Shown in pieces: positions 1-8,703 of a stretch of 20,000 nt of DNA. Source of the DNA: an uncultured virus (IMG/VR IMGVR_UViG_2860815047_000004). Taxonomy: Duplodnaviria; Heunggongvirae; Uroviricota; Caudoviricetes. The DNA is taken from the IMG/VR virus record IMGVR_UViG_2860815047_000004. One strand, written 5' to 3'. Within the stretch, counting starts at the first letter, position 1. Each line of letters opens with the position of its first letter. The notes under the pieces are model-generated. The model was not told the origin of the DNA and did no database searches. It was given only the letters and a program-made list of their open reading frames with translations. The position numbers and the translations under genes were made by a program.

Positions 1-291
1 AAAGAAAATACGCAAGTACATATGAAAAATGGTGGTTCTTACACTGCTTTAAAAGGAGAGCTGATTGCGACCAACCTTGAAGGGGATCAAATGGTTATCA
101 CACAAGAGCAGAAAGAAGATTATATCCCAGTATCAATGTCAGAGCTTTCTGATTTAAAAGCTAAGATGGCCAAAGGTTACATGGAAATGGGAGATATTAA
201 TTTAGAAATGTCTGAAGCATTCCATTATGCTGAAAATGAAGCAGAAACAACTACAAACAGCTTAGTTAACGGGGAATATAAAGAATATTGA
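1..291 (+). CDS. yosL: YosL-like protein with C-terminal MazE/NdoAI antitoxin-like segment (frame open from position 1, probably 5'-truncated)
   Basis: C-terminus MAKGYMEMGDINLEMSEAFHYAENEAETTTNSLVNG resembles the B. subtilis NdoAI C-terminus as recalled (MRRGYMEMAKINLNISSEAHFAECEAETTVERLVSG). Lies directly before nrdI, as in SPbeta. Confidence 0.8.
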   Translation, partial: KENTQVHMKNGGSYTALKGELIATNLEGDQMVITQEQKEDYIPVSMSELSDLKAKMAKGYMEMGDINLEMSEAFHYAENEAETTTNSLVNGEYKEY

Positions 292-683
292 TTTTTACAT
301 ATGAAAGCAAGACAGGTAACGTGAAAAGGTTTGCCCAAGCATTACAAAGGGAGTTAAACTTCGATGTCATTGAAATTACAGATGACTTAATCGTTGAAGA
401 AGAATTCATACATATTACATATACGATAGGCTTTGGGGAAGTACCTGAAAGGACTTTGAATTTTATTATTAAGAATAAAAATAAAATAAAAGGTGTTGTT
501 GTGAGTGGTAACAAGGTTTGGGGTGATAACTATGGTTTAGCTGGGGACAAGCTCTCAGCAATGTTCCACGTACCATTGTTATTAAAGTTTGAACTAAGTG
601 GAACAAAACAAGATTTGCAGAAGATTAATCGGGAGGTACAACTTATTGACAAACACAATACCAAAGTGGATCAAGCTCAATAA
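288..683 (+). CDS. nrdI: Class Ib RNR flavodoxin NrdI
   Basis: Motifs YESKTGNVKRF, TYTIGFGEVP, SGNKVWGDNYGLAG and KFELSG; lies upstream of nrdE. Confidence 0.95.
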   Translation: MIFTYESKTGNVKRFAQALQRELNFDVIEITDDLIVEEEFIHITYTIGFGEVPERTLNFIIKNKNKIKGVVVSGNKVWGDNYGLAGDKLSAMFHVPLLLKFELSGTKQDLQKINREVQLIDKHNTKVDQAQ

Positions 684-1365
684 TGAGATCATGATTCAGA
701 AAGACGGTAAGTTTCAATTTGAGAAGGATAAGGAGGCAGTGCACAGCTACTTTGTTGATTACATTAATCAAAATACAGTCTTTTTCCATGACTTAAAAGA
801 GAAACTGGATTATCTGATTAAAAATGATTATTACGAAGAAGAATTCTTAAGCGAATACACATTTGAGCAGATTAAATCGATTTTTAAACTTGCTTACAGT
901 TACAAATTCAGATTCCCATCTTTCATGAGTGCCTTTAAGTTCTACAATGACTATGCATTGAAGACAAACGACAAAACAAAGATCCTGGAGAGATATGAGG
1001 ATCGCGTCTCAATTGTAGCTTTATTTTTCGCAGGTGGAGTCTATGAGAAAGCGGTTAAGAATGTGCGTACTATGATGAAACAAGAGTATCAGCCGGCAAC
1101 GCCTACTTTCCTTAATGCAGGTCGTAAGCGAAGAGGAGAAATGGTGAGCTGCTTCCTACTTGAAGTGGGAGACAGTTTGAATGATATTTCACGGGCGATC
1201 GATATTTCCATGCAGCTGTCTAAATTGGGCGGCGGTGTTGCATTAAACCTAAGCAAATTACGAGCCAAGGGTGAAGCAATTAAAGACGTAGAGAATGCAA
1301 CTAAAGGTGTCGTAGGTGTTATGAAGCTATTGGATAATGCTTTTAGATATGCCGATCAAATGGGT
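646..1365 (+). CDS. nrdE: Class Ib ribonucleotide reductase alpha subunit, exon 1
   Basis: GGAGG at 632-636 then TTG at 646. Motifs QPATPTFLNAG, VSCFLL and KLGGGVA; ends ...YADQMG at the intron 5' splice site (U1365). Confidence 0.92.
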
Positions 1366-1618
1366 TGATTTGGCCCCTTTCGTCAGAAATGGCGATCGAA
1401 AACCTCTTTAATTCATGGGAACTCCTACAGGGACAATCATGAGCGAAGCAAGACTAAAGTCTTGAACGTGCAACGACTAGCCGAAAGGCGTAGGCTGCAA
1501 GCTATTGGCAGTCGAAACAGGAGGCATCCTAAAAGGATGAAGATATAGTCTAACCTTCATGGCAACATGAAGCAGCCGTCTGGCGGGGCGTGCTTAGCGA
1601 ACACGTCTGAATGGTCTG
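1366..1618 (+). ncRNA. Group I self-splicing intron in nrdE (253 nt, no ORF)
   Basis: Removal joins ADQMG|QRQGSGAAY in frame. Exon ends in U and intron ends in G. P1 is GGGU/GCCC (1373-1376) with a U.G pair; P10 is UUUG (1369-1372) with exon CAAA. P7-type strands ACGACTA and TATAGTC are present. Confidence 0.93.
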
Positions 1619-2997
1619 CAAAGACAAGGGTCTGGAGCAGCTTATCTAAGCGTGTTCCATCCAGATATTACAGACTTCCTGGATACCAAAAAAATCTCAG
1701 CAGATGAAGATGTCCGGGTTAAAACACTGTCTATTGGTGTAGTTCTTCCTGATAAATTTATTGAATTGGCAAGAGAAGATAAGGATTTTTACATGTTCTA
1801 TCCTCATTCAGTTTACAAAGAATATGGGCAGTATCTTGATGAGATGGACATCAATAAAATGTATGATGTGCTTGTTGAAAACCCTAGGGTTAGAAAAGCA
1901 AAAGGAAATGCTCGAAAGCTGTTGGAGCAATTGGCCATTTTAAGAAGTGAATCTGGATATCCTTATATCATGTTTGCTGACAATGTAAATAAAGTGCATC
2001 CAATGAACATATTTCAAAAGTGAAGTTTTCTAATTTGTGCTCTGAAGTCCTCCAAGCATCACAAGTGTCAGTCTATACAGATTACGATCAGGAAGATGAA
2101 ATTGGATTAGATATTTCATGTAATCTTGGATCCATGAACATTGTAAATGCAATGAATAATCAATCAGTTGCTTCAACGGTTAGAATAGCAATTGACTCAT
2201 TGACAACTGTTACAAGAAAAACAAACATTGTTAATGCCCCAGCTGTTGCGAGAGCAAATACACTAATGCGTTCAATTGGTCTAGGGCAGATGAACCTGCA
2301 TGGTTTTCTAGCTCAAAATAAAATTGCTTATGAAAGTGAAGAAGCTAAGGACTTTGCAAATACATACTTTATGATGGTTAACTTCTACTCCTTGCAGCGT
2401 TCAATGGAAATTGCAAAAGAAACAGGGGAGACATACTACAAGTTTGATGGGTCGACCTACAAATCAGGTGAGTATTTTGATAAGTACGTGACAAATGATT
2501 ATAGCCCTAAACATGAAAAGGTTAAAAGCCTGTTTGGAGATCAACATATTCCTAATATTGAAGATTGGATGAAGCTTAAAGAGGATGTAATGAAATATGG
2601 CTTGTATCATTCGTATAGGCAGGCTATTGCACCTACAGGAAGCATCTCATACGTTCAATCATCTACGGCCGGCGTAATGCCTATTATGGAGAGAATCGAG
2701 GAACGTACATACGGAAACAGTAAGACATATTATCCAATGCCAGGTTTATCGGCTCAGAATTGGTTCTTTTATAAGGAAGCATACGACATGGATATGTTTA
2801 AGGTAGTTGATCTTATTGCCACTATTCAGCAGCACGTCGACCAAGGCATTTCGTTTACGCTGTTTTTGAAAGATACGATGACGACGCGCGATCTAAACCG
2901 GATTGACTTATACGCGCATCATAAGGGAATCAAGACGCTTTATTATGCACGGACTAAAGATACGACACAGGAGGGGTGTTTGTCATGCGCGGTTTAA
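1619..2997 (+). CDS. nrdE: nrdE exon 2, interrupted by a 1-nt deletion frameshift at about 2002-2004
   Basis: QRQGSGAAYLSVFHPDI...GYPYIMFADNVNKVHP continues in another frame as (N)EHISKVKFSNLCSEV...SCNLGS...AIAPTGSIS...KTLYY...CLSC. One extra A in CCAATG restores a single frame. Confidence 0.9.
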
Positions 2998-3227
2998 GTG
3001 AGGAGAGACAGAAGAGTATACGACGTGGAGACATAATTATCTACTACTTCGGGGGTACATTAATTAATGCGAAAGTTATTCAAGCGTATGAAGGTGGGTA
3101 CCTCGAAGTTCGCCATAAAGACTTCCCGATACTGAACTGCTTATTAGGATACCGGGACGAGATCAAGACATCGGAAGTGTTGGGTGTAGTTAAGCATAAA
3201 GGCAAACGGGGAAAGGAGGACGAATAA
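2985..3227 (+). CDS. Small hypothetical protein between nrdE and nrdF (possible SH3/KOW-like beta barrel)
   Basis: GGAGG at 2970-2974 and ATG at 2985; overlaps the nrdE stop and abuts the nrdF start. Confidence 0.65.
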   Translation: MRGLSEERQKSIRRGDIIIYYFGGTLINAKVIQAYEGGYLEVRHKDFPILNCLLGYRDEIKTSEVLGVVKHKGKRGKEDE

Positions 3228-3835
3228 TTGACGAACGCAAACGAAATCCATACGGCGGCCGATTGGTCGCGGCACGAAGACGACTTTACCCAAATGTTTT
3301 ACAACCAAAACGTAAAGCAGTTTTGGCTTCCGGAAGAGATCGCATTAAACGGCGATCTTCTCACTTGGAAGTATTTGGGTAAAAATGAGCAGTATACGTA
3401 CATGAAGGTGCTCGCCGGCCTGACACTGCTTGATACAGAGCAGGGGAACACGGGCATGCCGATTGTGGCCGAGCACGTCGAAGGCCATCAGCGGAAAGCG
3501 GTTCTTAATTTCATGGCGATGATGGAAAACGCGGTGCACGCGAAGTCTTACAGCAACATCTTTCTAACTTTGGCTCCAACCGAGAAGATCAATGAAGTCT
3601 TCGAATGGGTGAAAAACAATAGGTTTCTTCAAAAGAAAGCAAGAACAATTGTTTCAATTTATAAAGCAGTTCAGAAAAACGATGATATTTCCTTATTCAA
3701 AGCAATGGTTGCATCTGTGTTTCTGGAAAGTTTCCTTTTCTACTCAGGGTTTTATTATCCACTTTACTTTTATGGACAAGGGAAGCTCATGCAGAGCGGG
3801 GAAATTGTGAATTTGATTATCCGTGACGAAGCCAT
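3228..3835 (+). CDS. nrdF: Class Ib ribonucleotide reductase beta subunit, exon 1
   Basis: AAGGAGG then TTG. Motifs [28 protein letters not shown] and [11 protein letters not shown]; ends RDEA-I at the splice site. Confidence 0.93.
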
Positions 3836-3923
3836 TAAGTGCTAGTGGCATTTAGCAGTAATGTTAAATGAAAACCTATCTAAAAAGGGGAAATCTTATA
3901 GCTAAGATAATCCTTTGCTAAAT

Positions 3924-4623
3924 TCTAATCATCATTAAATTCAATATTTAGGAGTGTTGCCTTGTATTATGTCTATATGATAATGAATAAACAAAATAAG
4001 AAGATTTACATTGGCTTAACCAAAAATGTTAACAACGCTGACGATAGATTTAAACAACATATTCGCTATTTAAAAGGAAACTATCATCATAATCATAAAT
4101 TGCAAAGAGACTTTAACTTGCATAAATGCACTGATATGTATACACATCACTTATTATGCAAATGTTCTAGCATCAAACTTGCTGAAAAAATGGAGAAGTT
4201 TTTCATTGCATACTATAACAGTAAATATTGTGGATTTAACCTAAATGACGGCGGGCTTTCAAATAAAGGATACAAGCAATCTGATTATGCAAAAAAGGTT
4301 GCAAGTGAAGTTCACTCTAAGCTAATTGGAGAAAAAAATCCTTTCTTTGGAAGACGACATTCTGAGAAAACAAAAATGATTATTTCTAAAAAGAACAAAG
4401 GGAGAAATAAAGGTATCCCTAAGAGCGATAGTCATATAAAGAAAATGATTGAAAACAATGCTAGAGCAAAAAAAGTCTTCGTTGGCGGTCAAATATACAG
4501 CAGTTGTTCGCAAGCTCAATTACATACGGGCATAGACAGGAAGAAAATATCAAAGCTTGCATCAGACGATTCAATAACAAACATATACTTTATAAAATAA
4601 AAACAATTTTAATGATGATTAGA
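3924..4623. repeat. 16-bp perfect inverted repeat bracketing the intron ORF
   Basis: TCTAATCATCATTAAA (3924-3939) and TTTAATGATGATTAGA (4608-4623). Confidence 0.9.
3962..4600 (+). CDS. Intron-encoded GIY-YIG homing endonuclease with NUMOD3-like DNA-binding motif
   Basis: N-terminal VYMIMN...IYIG, a conserved Arg (DRFKQH) and GFN; NUMOD3-like GEKNPFFGRRHSEKTK. GGAG precedes the TTG start. Confidence 0.9.
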   Translation: MYYVYMIMNKQNKKIYIGLTKNVNNADDRFKQHIRYLKGNYHHNHKLQRDFNLHKCTDMYTHHLLCKCSSIKLAEKMEKFFIAYYNSKYCGFNLNDGGLSNKGYKQSDYAKKVASEVHSKLIGEKNPFFGRRHSEKTKMIISKKNKGRNKGIPKSDSHIKKMIENNARAKKVFVGGQIYSSCSQAQLHTGIDRKKISKLASDDSITNIYFIK

Positions 4624-4823
4624 TAAATGCCCAACGACTATTCCATTGGCGGTGGAATTCCGCAACAGAAGTAGGGCGCAAGTGATTGGCGTGGGTGAGA
4701 ATCCCTTAAATCGAAACGGTAGGAATCCTAAATTAGGATTGTGATATAGTCTGCTCTGCATGGCGACATGCAGCTGTGGTTAGTCCACGCTTTAAGTATA
4801 GCGAACTTAAGGGAACATCAAGG

Positions 4824-5214
4824 ACATGGAACATATATCGGTTTATTAGCTCAAGAGATATATAAGAAACAAACGCCTCAGAAGCAAAAAGAACTGTATG
4901 AATGGGCTTTATGCTTGCTACAAGAGCTTTATGAAAATGAATTGGAGTATACAGAAGATGTTTATGATCAGGTTGGTTTAGCTCCAGATGTAAAGAAATT
5001 CATCAGATACAACGCAAATAAAGCATTAAACAACTTGGGCTTTGATCATCTGTTCGAGGAAGAAGACGTTAACCCAATCGTTATTAATGGATTGAGTACT
5101 AAAACTAAGTCGCATGACTTCTTTAGCCAAAAAGGGAATGGGTACAAAAAAGCAACGGTGGAGCCATTAAAGGATTCAGATTTCATTTTTACCGAGAAAG
5201 GATGTATTCAATGA
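4824..5214 (+). CDS. nrdF: nrdF exon 2
   Basis: [10 protein letters not shown]...[14 protein letters not shown]...[12 protein letters not shown], the typical NrdF C-terminus. Confidence 0.93.
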
Positions 5215-5450
5215 GATTAATTAAATTAGAGCAGCCAAATTGCAATCCCTGCAAAATGGTGTCCAATTACTTAAATGATGCAGGAGTCAAATATGAGACA
5301 GTTGATGTAACACAGAATCCGGAAGTGGCAGCACAATTTGGTGTCATGGGTGTACCGGTAACTTTCTTGCTTAATGAGCAAGGAGAAGAAGTAAAGCGGA
5401 GTATTGGTTTTAAGCCTAATGAACTTGATGAGTTGTTAAAGGAATTATGA
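5211..5450 (+). CDS. NrdH/thioredoxin-like redoxin (YosR-like)
   Basis: CNPC active site and GVMGVP cis-Pro motif; ATGA overlap with the nrdF stop. Confidence 0.9.
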   Translation: MRLIKLEQPNCNPCKMVSNYLNDAGVKYETVDVTQNPEVAAQFGVMGVPVTFLLNEQGEEVKRSIGFKPNELDELLKEL

Positions 5451-5491
5451 AAAAAGGGTGATTTTATTGTAATTAAAAGGGAGGGCTGACC

Positions 5492-5668
5492 ATATTCGGT
5501 TGGAATTTTAACAGGCTTTTGTGGTGGAAGTACATATTGTTATTGGTTTTTTTAATCACTATAATACCCTTATGGATAATTGATTGGATAACCTTCTGCA
5601 AGATTAAACGTGTAGACTGGATTATTCAACGGTACTCAGATTGGGTTGCTTATTTAATTTTTGGATAA
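5492..5668 (+). CDS. Putative 58-aa Trp-rich membrane protein with ATA start (not in ORF track)
   Basis: GGAGG at 5480-5484 and ATA 7 nt later. Open frame IFGWNFNRLLWWKYILLLVFLITIIPLWIIDWITFCKIKRVDWIIQRYSDWVAYLIFG* fills the intergenic gap. Confidence 0.55.
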   Translation: MFGWNFNRLLWWKYILLLVFLITIIPLWIIDWITFCKIKRVDWIIQRYSDWVAYLIFG

Positions 5669-5710
5669 TAGATGTTTCACATAAAAAACTAAAGGAGTTA
5701 ATAAAACATA

Positions 5711-6139
5711 ATGCAAATTAAAATCAAATATTTAGATGATACACAAACAAGGATCAGCAAAATTGAGAAAGGGGATTGGATTGATCTCCGAGCGGCTGAA
5801 GATGTAGCAATCAAAAAGGACGAATTTAAACTTATCCCTTTAGGAGTAGCAATGGAGCTACCGGAAGGATATGAGGCTCATGTTGTTCCACGTTCAAGTA
5901 CATTTAAAAACTTTGGCATCATTGAGACAAACTCAATGGGTGTTATTGATGAGTCCTACAAGGGAGACAATGATTTCTGGTTCTTTCCGGCTTATGCATT
6001 ACGGGATACAGTAATTAAAAAAGGGGAACGTATCTGTCAGTTCAGAATCATGGAGAAGATGCCTGCAGTTGAATTGATTGAGGTAGATCATTTAGGCAAC
6101 AATGATCGAGGAGGTCATGGATCGACTGGAACTAAGTAA
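5711..6139 (+). CDS. dut: Trimeric dUTPase (YosS-like)
   Basis: Motifs [26 protein letters not shown] and RGGHGSTG. Confidence 0.95.
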   Translation: MQIKIKYLDDTQTRISKIEKGDWIDLRAAEDVAIKKDEFKLIPLGVAMELPEGYEAHVVPRSSTFKNFGIIETNSMGVIDESYKGDNDFWFFPAYALRDTVIKKGERICQFRIMEKMPAVELIEVDHLGNNDRGGHGSTGTK

Positions 6140-6148
6140 CAGAAGACA

Positions 6149-6205
6149 AGTCCTGACTGAGGTCTTAATGATGTGTGTCTCCAGTGGAGGGGTGCAGTCA
6201 GGACT
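6149..6205. other. Stem-loop between convergent genes (11-bp outer inverted repeat)
   Basis: AGTCCTGACTG (6149-6159) and CAGTCAGGACT (6195-6205), with an inner CTCCA/TGGAG palindrome at 6179-6189. Confidence 0.6.
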
Positions 6206-6237
6206 CTTTATAAAGTACCCTGTTCTTAAGAATTTAA

Positions 6238-6672
6238 TTAAGCTTTTGCTTCTTGTTTGGCATTATCGCAATACAATTGGTAAAGCTCTGAATCATCCCA
6301 GCCATTAAAGTCTTTTTGCTCGGGAATGTATGCGGAAATATTAAGTTGCTGACCTTTATTGGTATAGTCTGATGTAAATTCATCCATCTCCGTATAAATA
6401 ATGACCTTCTTAAATGGAGAAGTTGGTGAGATTGCATTTTTAATTACTTCTAAAATCCTGCTAACACCAGTTTTATTTGGTTGAAGTGTTTCTTTTAGCA
6501 ACGAAATAACTTCTTCAATGCAGTTGATGGCAGATGTGCTTTTATGTTTTAAGTTGTCATAAACATGAAGAATTTCCTTGTCCATTTCATATGTGTAGGT
6601 AAATGCACTCTTGCTATGGAAACCTACATTTTTAATAGAACCTTGAATAATAGGATATTGAGTAATGCTCAT
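6238..6672 (-). CDS. Hypothetical accessory protein, antisense to the phage operon
   Basis: 144-aa ORF with RBS AAAGGTGG and an upstream extended -10 element. Confidence 0.75.
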   Translation of the reverse strand: MSITQYPIIQGSIKNVGFHSKSAFTYTYEMDKEILHVYDNLKHKSTSAINCIEEVISLLKETLQPNKTGVSRILEVIKNAISPTSPFKKVIIYTEMDEFTSDYTNKGQQLNISAYIPEQKDFNGWDDSELYQLYCDNAKQEAKA

Positions 6673-6718
6673 TAAATATTACCACCTTTTCGTATATTGA
6701 GAATTTTGAGACAAGTAT

Positions 6719-6727
6719 ATTATACCA
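6719..6727 (-). promoter_or_regulatory. Putative sigma-A extended -10 for the 6238-6672 gene
   Basis: TGGTATAAT on the minus strand about 46 nt upstream of the ATG; -35 is weak. Confidence 0.55.
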
Positions 6728-6792
6728 GTAATCAGGAAAAAGGACTAAATAAAAGAAGACTTTTATCTAAAACAATAAGGAGGAAAAAGACC

Positions 6793-6993
6793 ATAAACAA
6801 AAACAGTTATAAAGATTTGCAAGCAAAATATGACAACATGCTCTTCAGGAATGGTCTGTGTTTAGGATTTATTCAAAAACATGGGCTTGAAGATGTGTTT
6901 TTGGAGCATATGAAACAAGTTGCAGCTTATGAAGAAGACCAAAGGTATAGAGTTGCAGCAGTTAATTTTTTGAGTTTATTAGAATCAAATTAA
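6793..6993 (+). CDS. Hypothetical protein (YosV-like position); probable ATA start
   Basis: AAGGAGG at 6777-6783 with ATA in frame 9 nt later. The track start at 6697 has no RBS. Confidence 0.6.
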   Translation: MNKNSYKDLQAKYDNMLFRNGLCLGFIQKHGLEDVFLEHMKQVAAYEEDQRYRVAAVNFLSLLESN

Positions 6994-7012
6994 AACAAAA
7001 AGGGGCAAAGAT

Positions 7013-7279
7013 ATGGAAAATATTTATCGCTATTATAAATTAAACAAAGGATTACAGGCTGTGAAAGTTGTCTCTGAGTTGTTTCCTAAAGAAAGCGAAG
7101 CTTATAGAGAACTGATTAAAATTGAAATTGGAATTTTGGAGGAAAAGAGAGAGCTTCTTAATGGCAAAGGAAAAGTGAACAAACTGGATCAGAAACAAAA
7201 AACAGACCTGGGAAGACAGCTAACAGATAAGCTCGATGAAGTTTTAGAAATTGTTGAAAGGTTTAGCAATCATGGATAA
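7013..7279 (+). CDS. Hypothetical helical protein
   Basis: 88-aa ORF with AAGGGG RBS. Confidence 0.7.
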   Translation: MENIYRYYKLNKGLQAVKVVSELFPKESEAYRELIKIEIGILEEKRELLNGKGKVNKLDQKQKTDLGRQLTDKLDEVLEIVERFSNHG

Positions 7280-7571
7280 ACACATAGAGAAAATAAAAGC
7301 CCATCTAAAAGAAATAGAAAATCTTAAACAAGGCCTCCAATTATTTAGCGAGGATGAAGAGGAACATATAAGCTTACTAGCTAAGATTCAACATCAGTTT
7401 GATTTAATTTCAGACGAATCAATGGAAGGGTTTAAAGAGTTAACTTTACATATAAGAAATACAGGTCAGAAAAGAATACAACGGGGAATTGACCAGCTGC
7501 CTCATGCAATTAAAGAAAGTGTAAGTGAAGACATCAAAGACATGAAGAGAGCTGGAGAGTTGTTTGATTAG
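7272..7571 (+). CDS. Hypothetical coiled-coil protein
   Basis: GAAAGG before ATG at 7272; overlaps the previous stop. Confidence 0.7.
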   Translation: MDKHIEKIKAHLKEIENLKQGLQLFSEDEEEHISLLAKIQHQFDLISDESMEGFKELTLHIRNTGQKRIQRGIDQLPHAIKESVSEDIKDMKRAGELFD

Positions 7572-7617
7572 TTTTAGTTGTTTATAGAATAAAAATAAAA
7601 TAAGGGGATGTATTAGA

Positions 7618-8028
7618 ATTACATACTTTACGTTATTACTTGCAGCATACTTATTTGCACTAAACATTAATGAAATTAGATTAATTACACGAGGAGAACA
7701 GAATGTATACGCTAAAGTTACGCATATGCTTTCTAACACACCGTATAAAGAACTGAAGAAAAATAAGAACTTAGTATATGCCATTACATTGTTCAAGGGG
7801 ATTTCATTCATTATCCCCTTGGCTACTATTGGATTGATTACGCATGGTAACTTGCTAATGTTAGCTTGGACAGCTTTTGCTTTAATCTATACCGGTTTAA
7901 CAATGTTTAAAATTCTTGATGTTTTGGAAGGTGACTCAAACAATAAACAAAACAAGTTTGTGCACATGCTATTTGTTTGCGGTAATATTATCTTCGTGAT
8001 TAACTTTATTATTGGTCGTTTCATTTAA
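7618..8028 (+). CDS. Hypothetical multi-pass membrane protein (YosW-like position); start uncertain (ATT 7618 or ATG 7726)
   Basis: Frame is open from 7588; AAGGGGA at 7602-7608; several hydrophobic segments. Confidence 0.65.
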   Translation: MTYFTLLLAAYLFALNINEIRLITRGEQNVYAKVTHMLSNTPYKELKKNKNLVYAITLFKGISFIIPLATIGLITHGNLLMLAWTAFALIYTGLTMFKILDVLEGDSNNKQNKFVHMLFVCGNIIFVINFIIGRFI

Positions 8029-8633
8029 GCGTCTAATTCATGAAACGGTTCGAGCCATTTAAGTCCAGGTCTAGAGGGATGTCTTGGTGAATTCTTAACT
8101 GTGAGAAGCCTGTTGTAATGGGTTTTGATAACAAATGCCTCGTCTTTATTTATTCCTTTTAGGAGCTGTTTAACATCTTGGCATTGTTTATTAAAACTTC
8201 GTTTATCAAATCGTTTTGGACAATCACCCCAAGCAAAGATTACCTTTTTAGATTCTTTGGCTAAATTGGCTATAATTTGATGATTAGTCTTAACGGTAGC
8301 TTCATACAGGATCCTGTTCTCTTTTTGAAGCTTATGAATTATTGAGGATAATTCCGCTGAATTTGTTTCGTAAAAAGGATAGAGATTGACAATATGAATG
8401 GATCCAACTTCATTTAATGAGTGGCTAAAATTACACAACTTAGTTATAGTGAGGTCGGATACTTCTTTGTCAGCAATACTTGGATTTAACATAATAAACA
8501 CATATGAAGAATCTAAATTATTGTTAAGCTTTATTGATAAACAATATCTTGCTTCAATTGAGTCTGTTAATCTTTCAGTTTTACAGTCCAGTACTTCTTT
8601 AACCACTGCTGGCTTGTATTTGTAAATAGACAA
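8025..8633 (-). CDS. DUF1643-like protein
   Basis: Motifs FIMLNPSIAD, DLTI, IVNLY, FAWG and PRHP. AGAGGTGA RBS before TTG at 8633. Confidence 0.8.
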   Translation of the reverse strand: MSIYKYKPAVVKEVLDCKTERLTDSIEARYCLSIKLNNNLDSSYVFIMLNPSIADKEVSDLTITKLCNFSHSLNEVGSIHIVNLYPFYETNSAELSSIIHKLQKENRILYEATVKTNHQIIANLAKESKKVIFAWGDCPKRFDKRSFNKQCQDVKQLLKGINKDEAFVIKTHYNRLLTVKNSPRHPSRPGLKWLEPFHELDA

Positions 8634-8667
8634 AAAGATCACCTCTTTCCATTATGTGGGCAAGAAT

Positions 8668-8676
8668 ATTTTACCA
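8668..8676 (-). promoter_or_regulatory. Putative extended -10 for the DUF1643-like gene
   Basis: TGGTAAAAT on the minus strand. Confidence 0.45.
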
Positions 8677-8703
8677 AACGACGGAATTGAAAGGAAGGAA
8701 ATT

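Larger units (their letters stand above)
3836..4823 (+). ncRNA. Group I intron in nrdF (988 nt) carrying a homing endonuclease
   Basis: Splicing AT|A CAT GGA restores the iron-ligand motif RDEAIHG. P1 is GCCAU/GUGGC (3845-3849) with U.G at the splice site; terminal G at 4823. P7-type strands ACGACTA and TATAGTC follow the ORF. Confidence 0.92.

Noticed and set aside
598..645. Track start of nrdE at 598
   Set aside because: No RBS; GGAGG at 632-636 points to TTG at 646.
2026..2046. Intein at the nrdE SNLC site, as in SPbeta bnrdE
   Set aside because: FSNLCSEV is continuous with no insertion.
4768..4823. N-terminus of track ORF 4768-5214
   Set aside because: This is intron sequence; the ORF is nrdF exon 2.
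6102..6437. ORFs 6102-6308 (+) and 6234-6437 (-)
   Set aside because: They overlap dut, a stem-loop and the better-supported 6238-6672 gene, and lack convincing starts.
8656..8703. Extended thyA start at 8656
   Set aside because: The RBS lies in front of ATG 8704, matching the ThyP3-type N-terminus.
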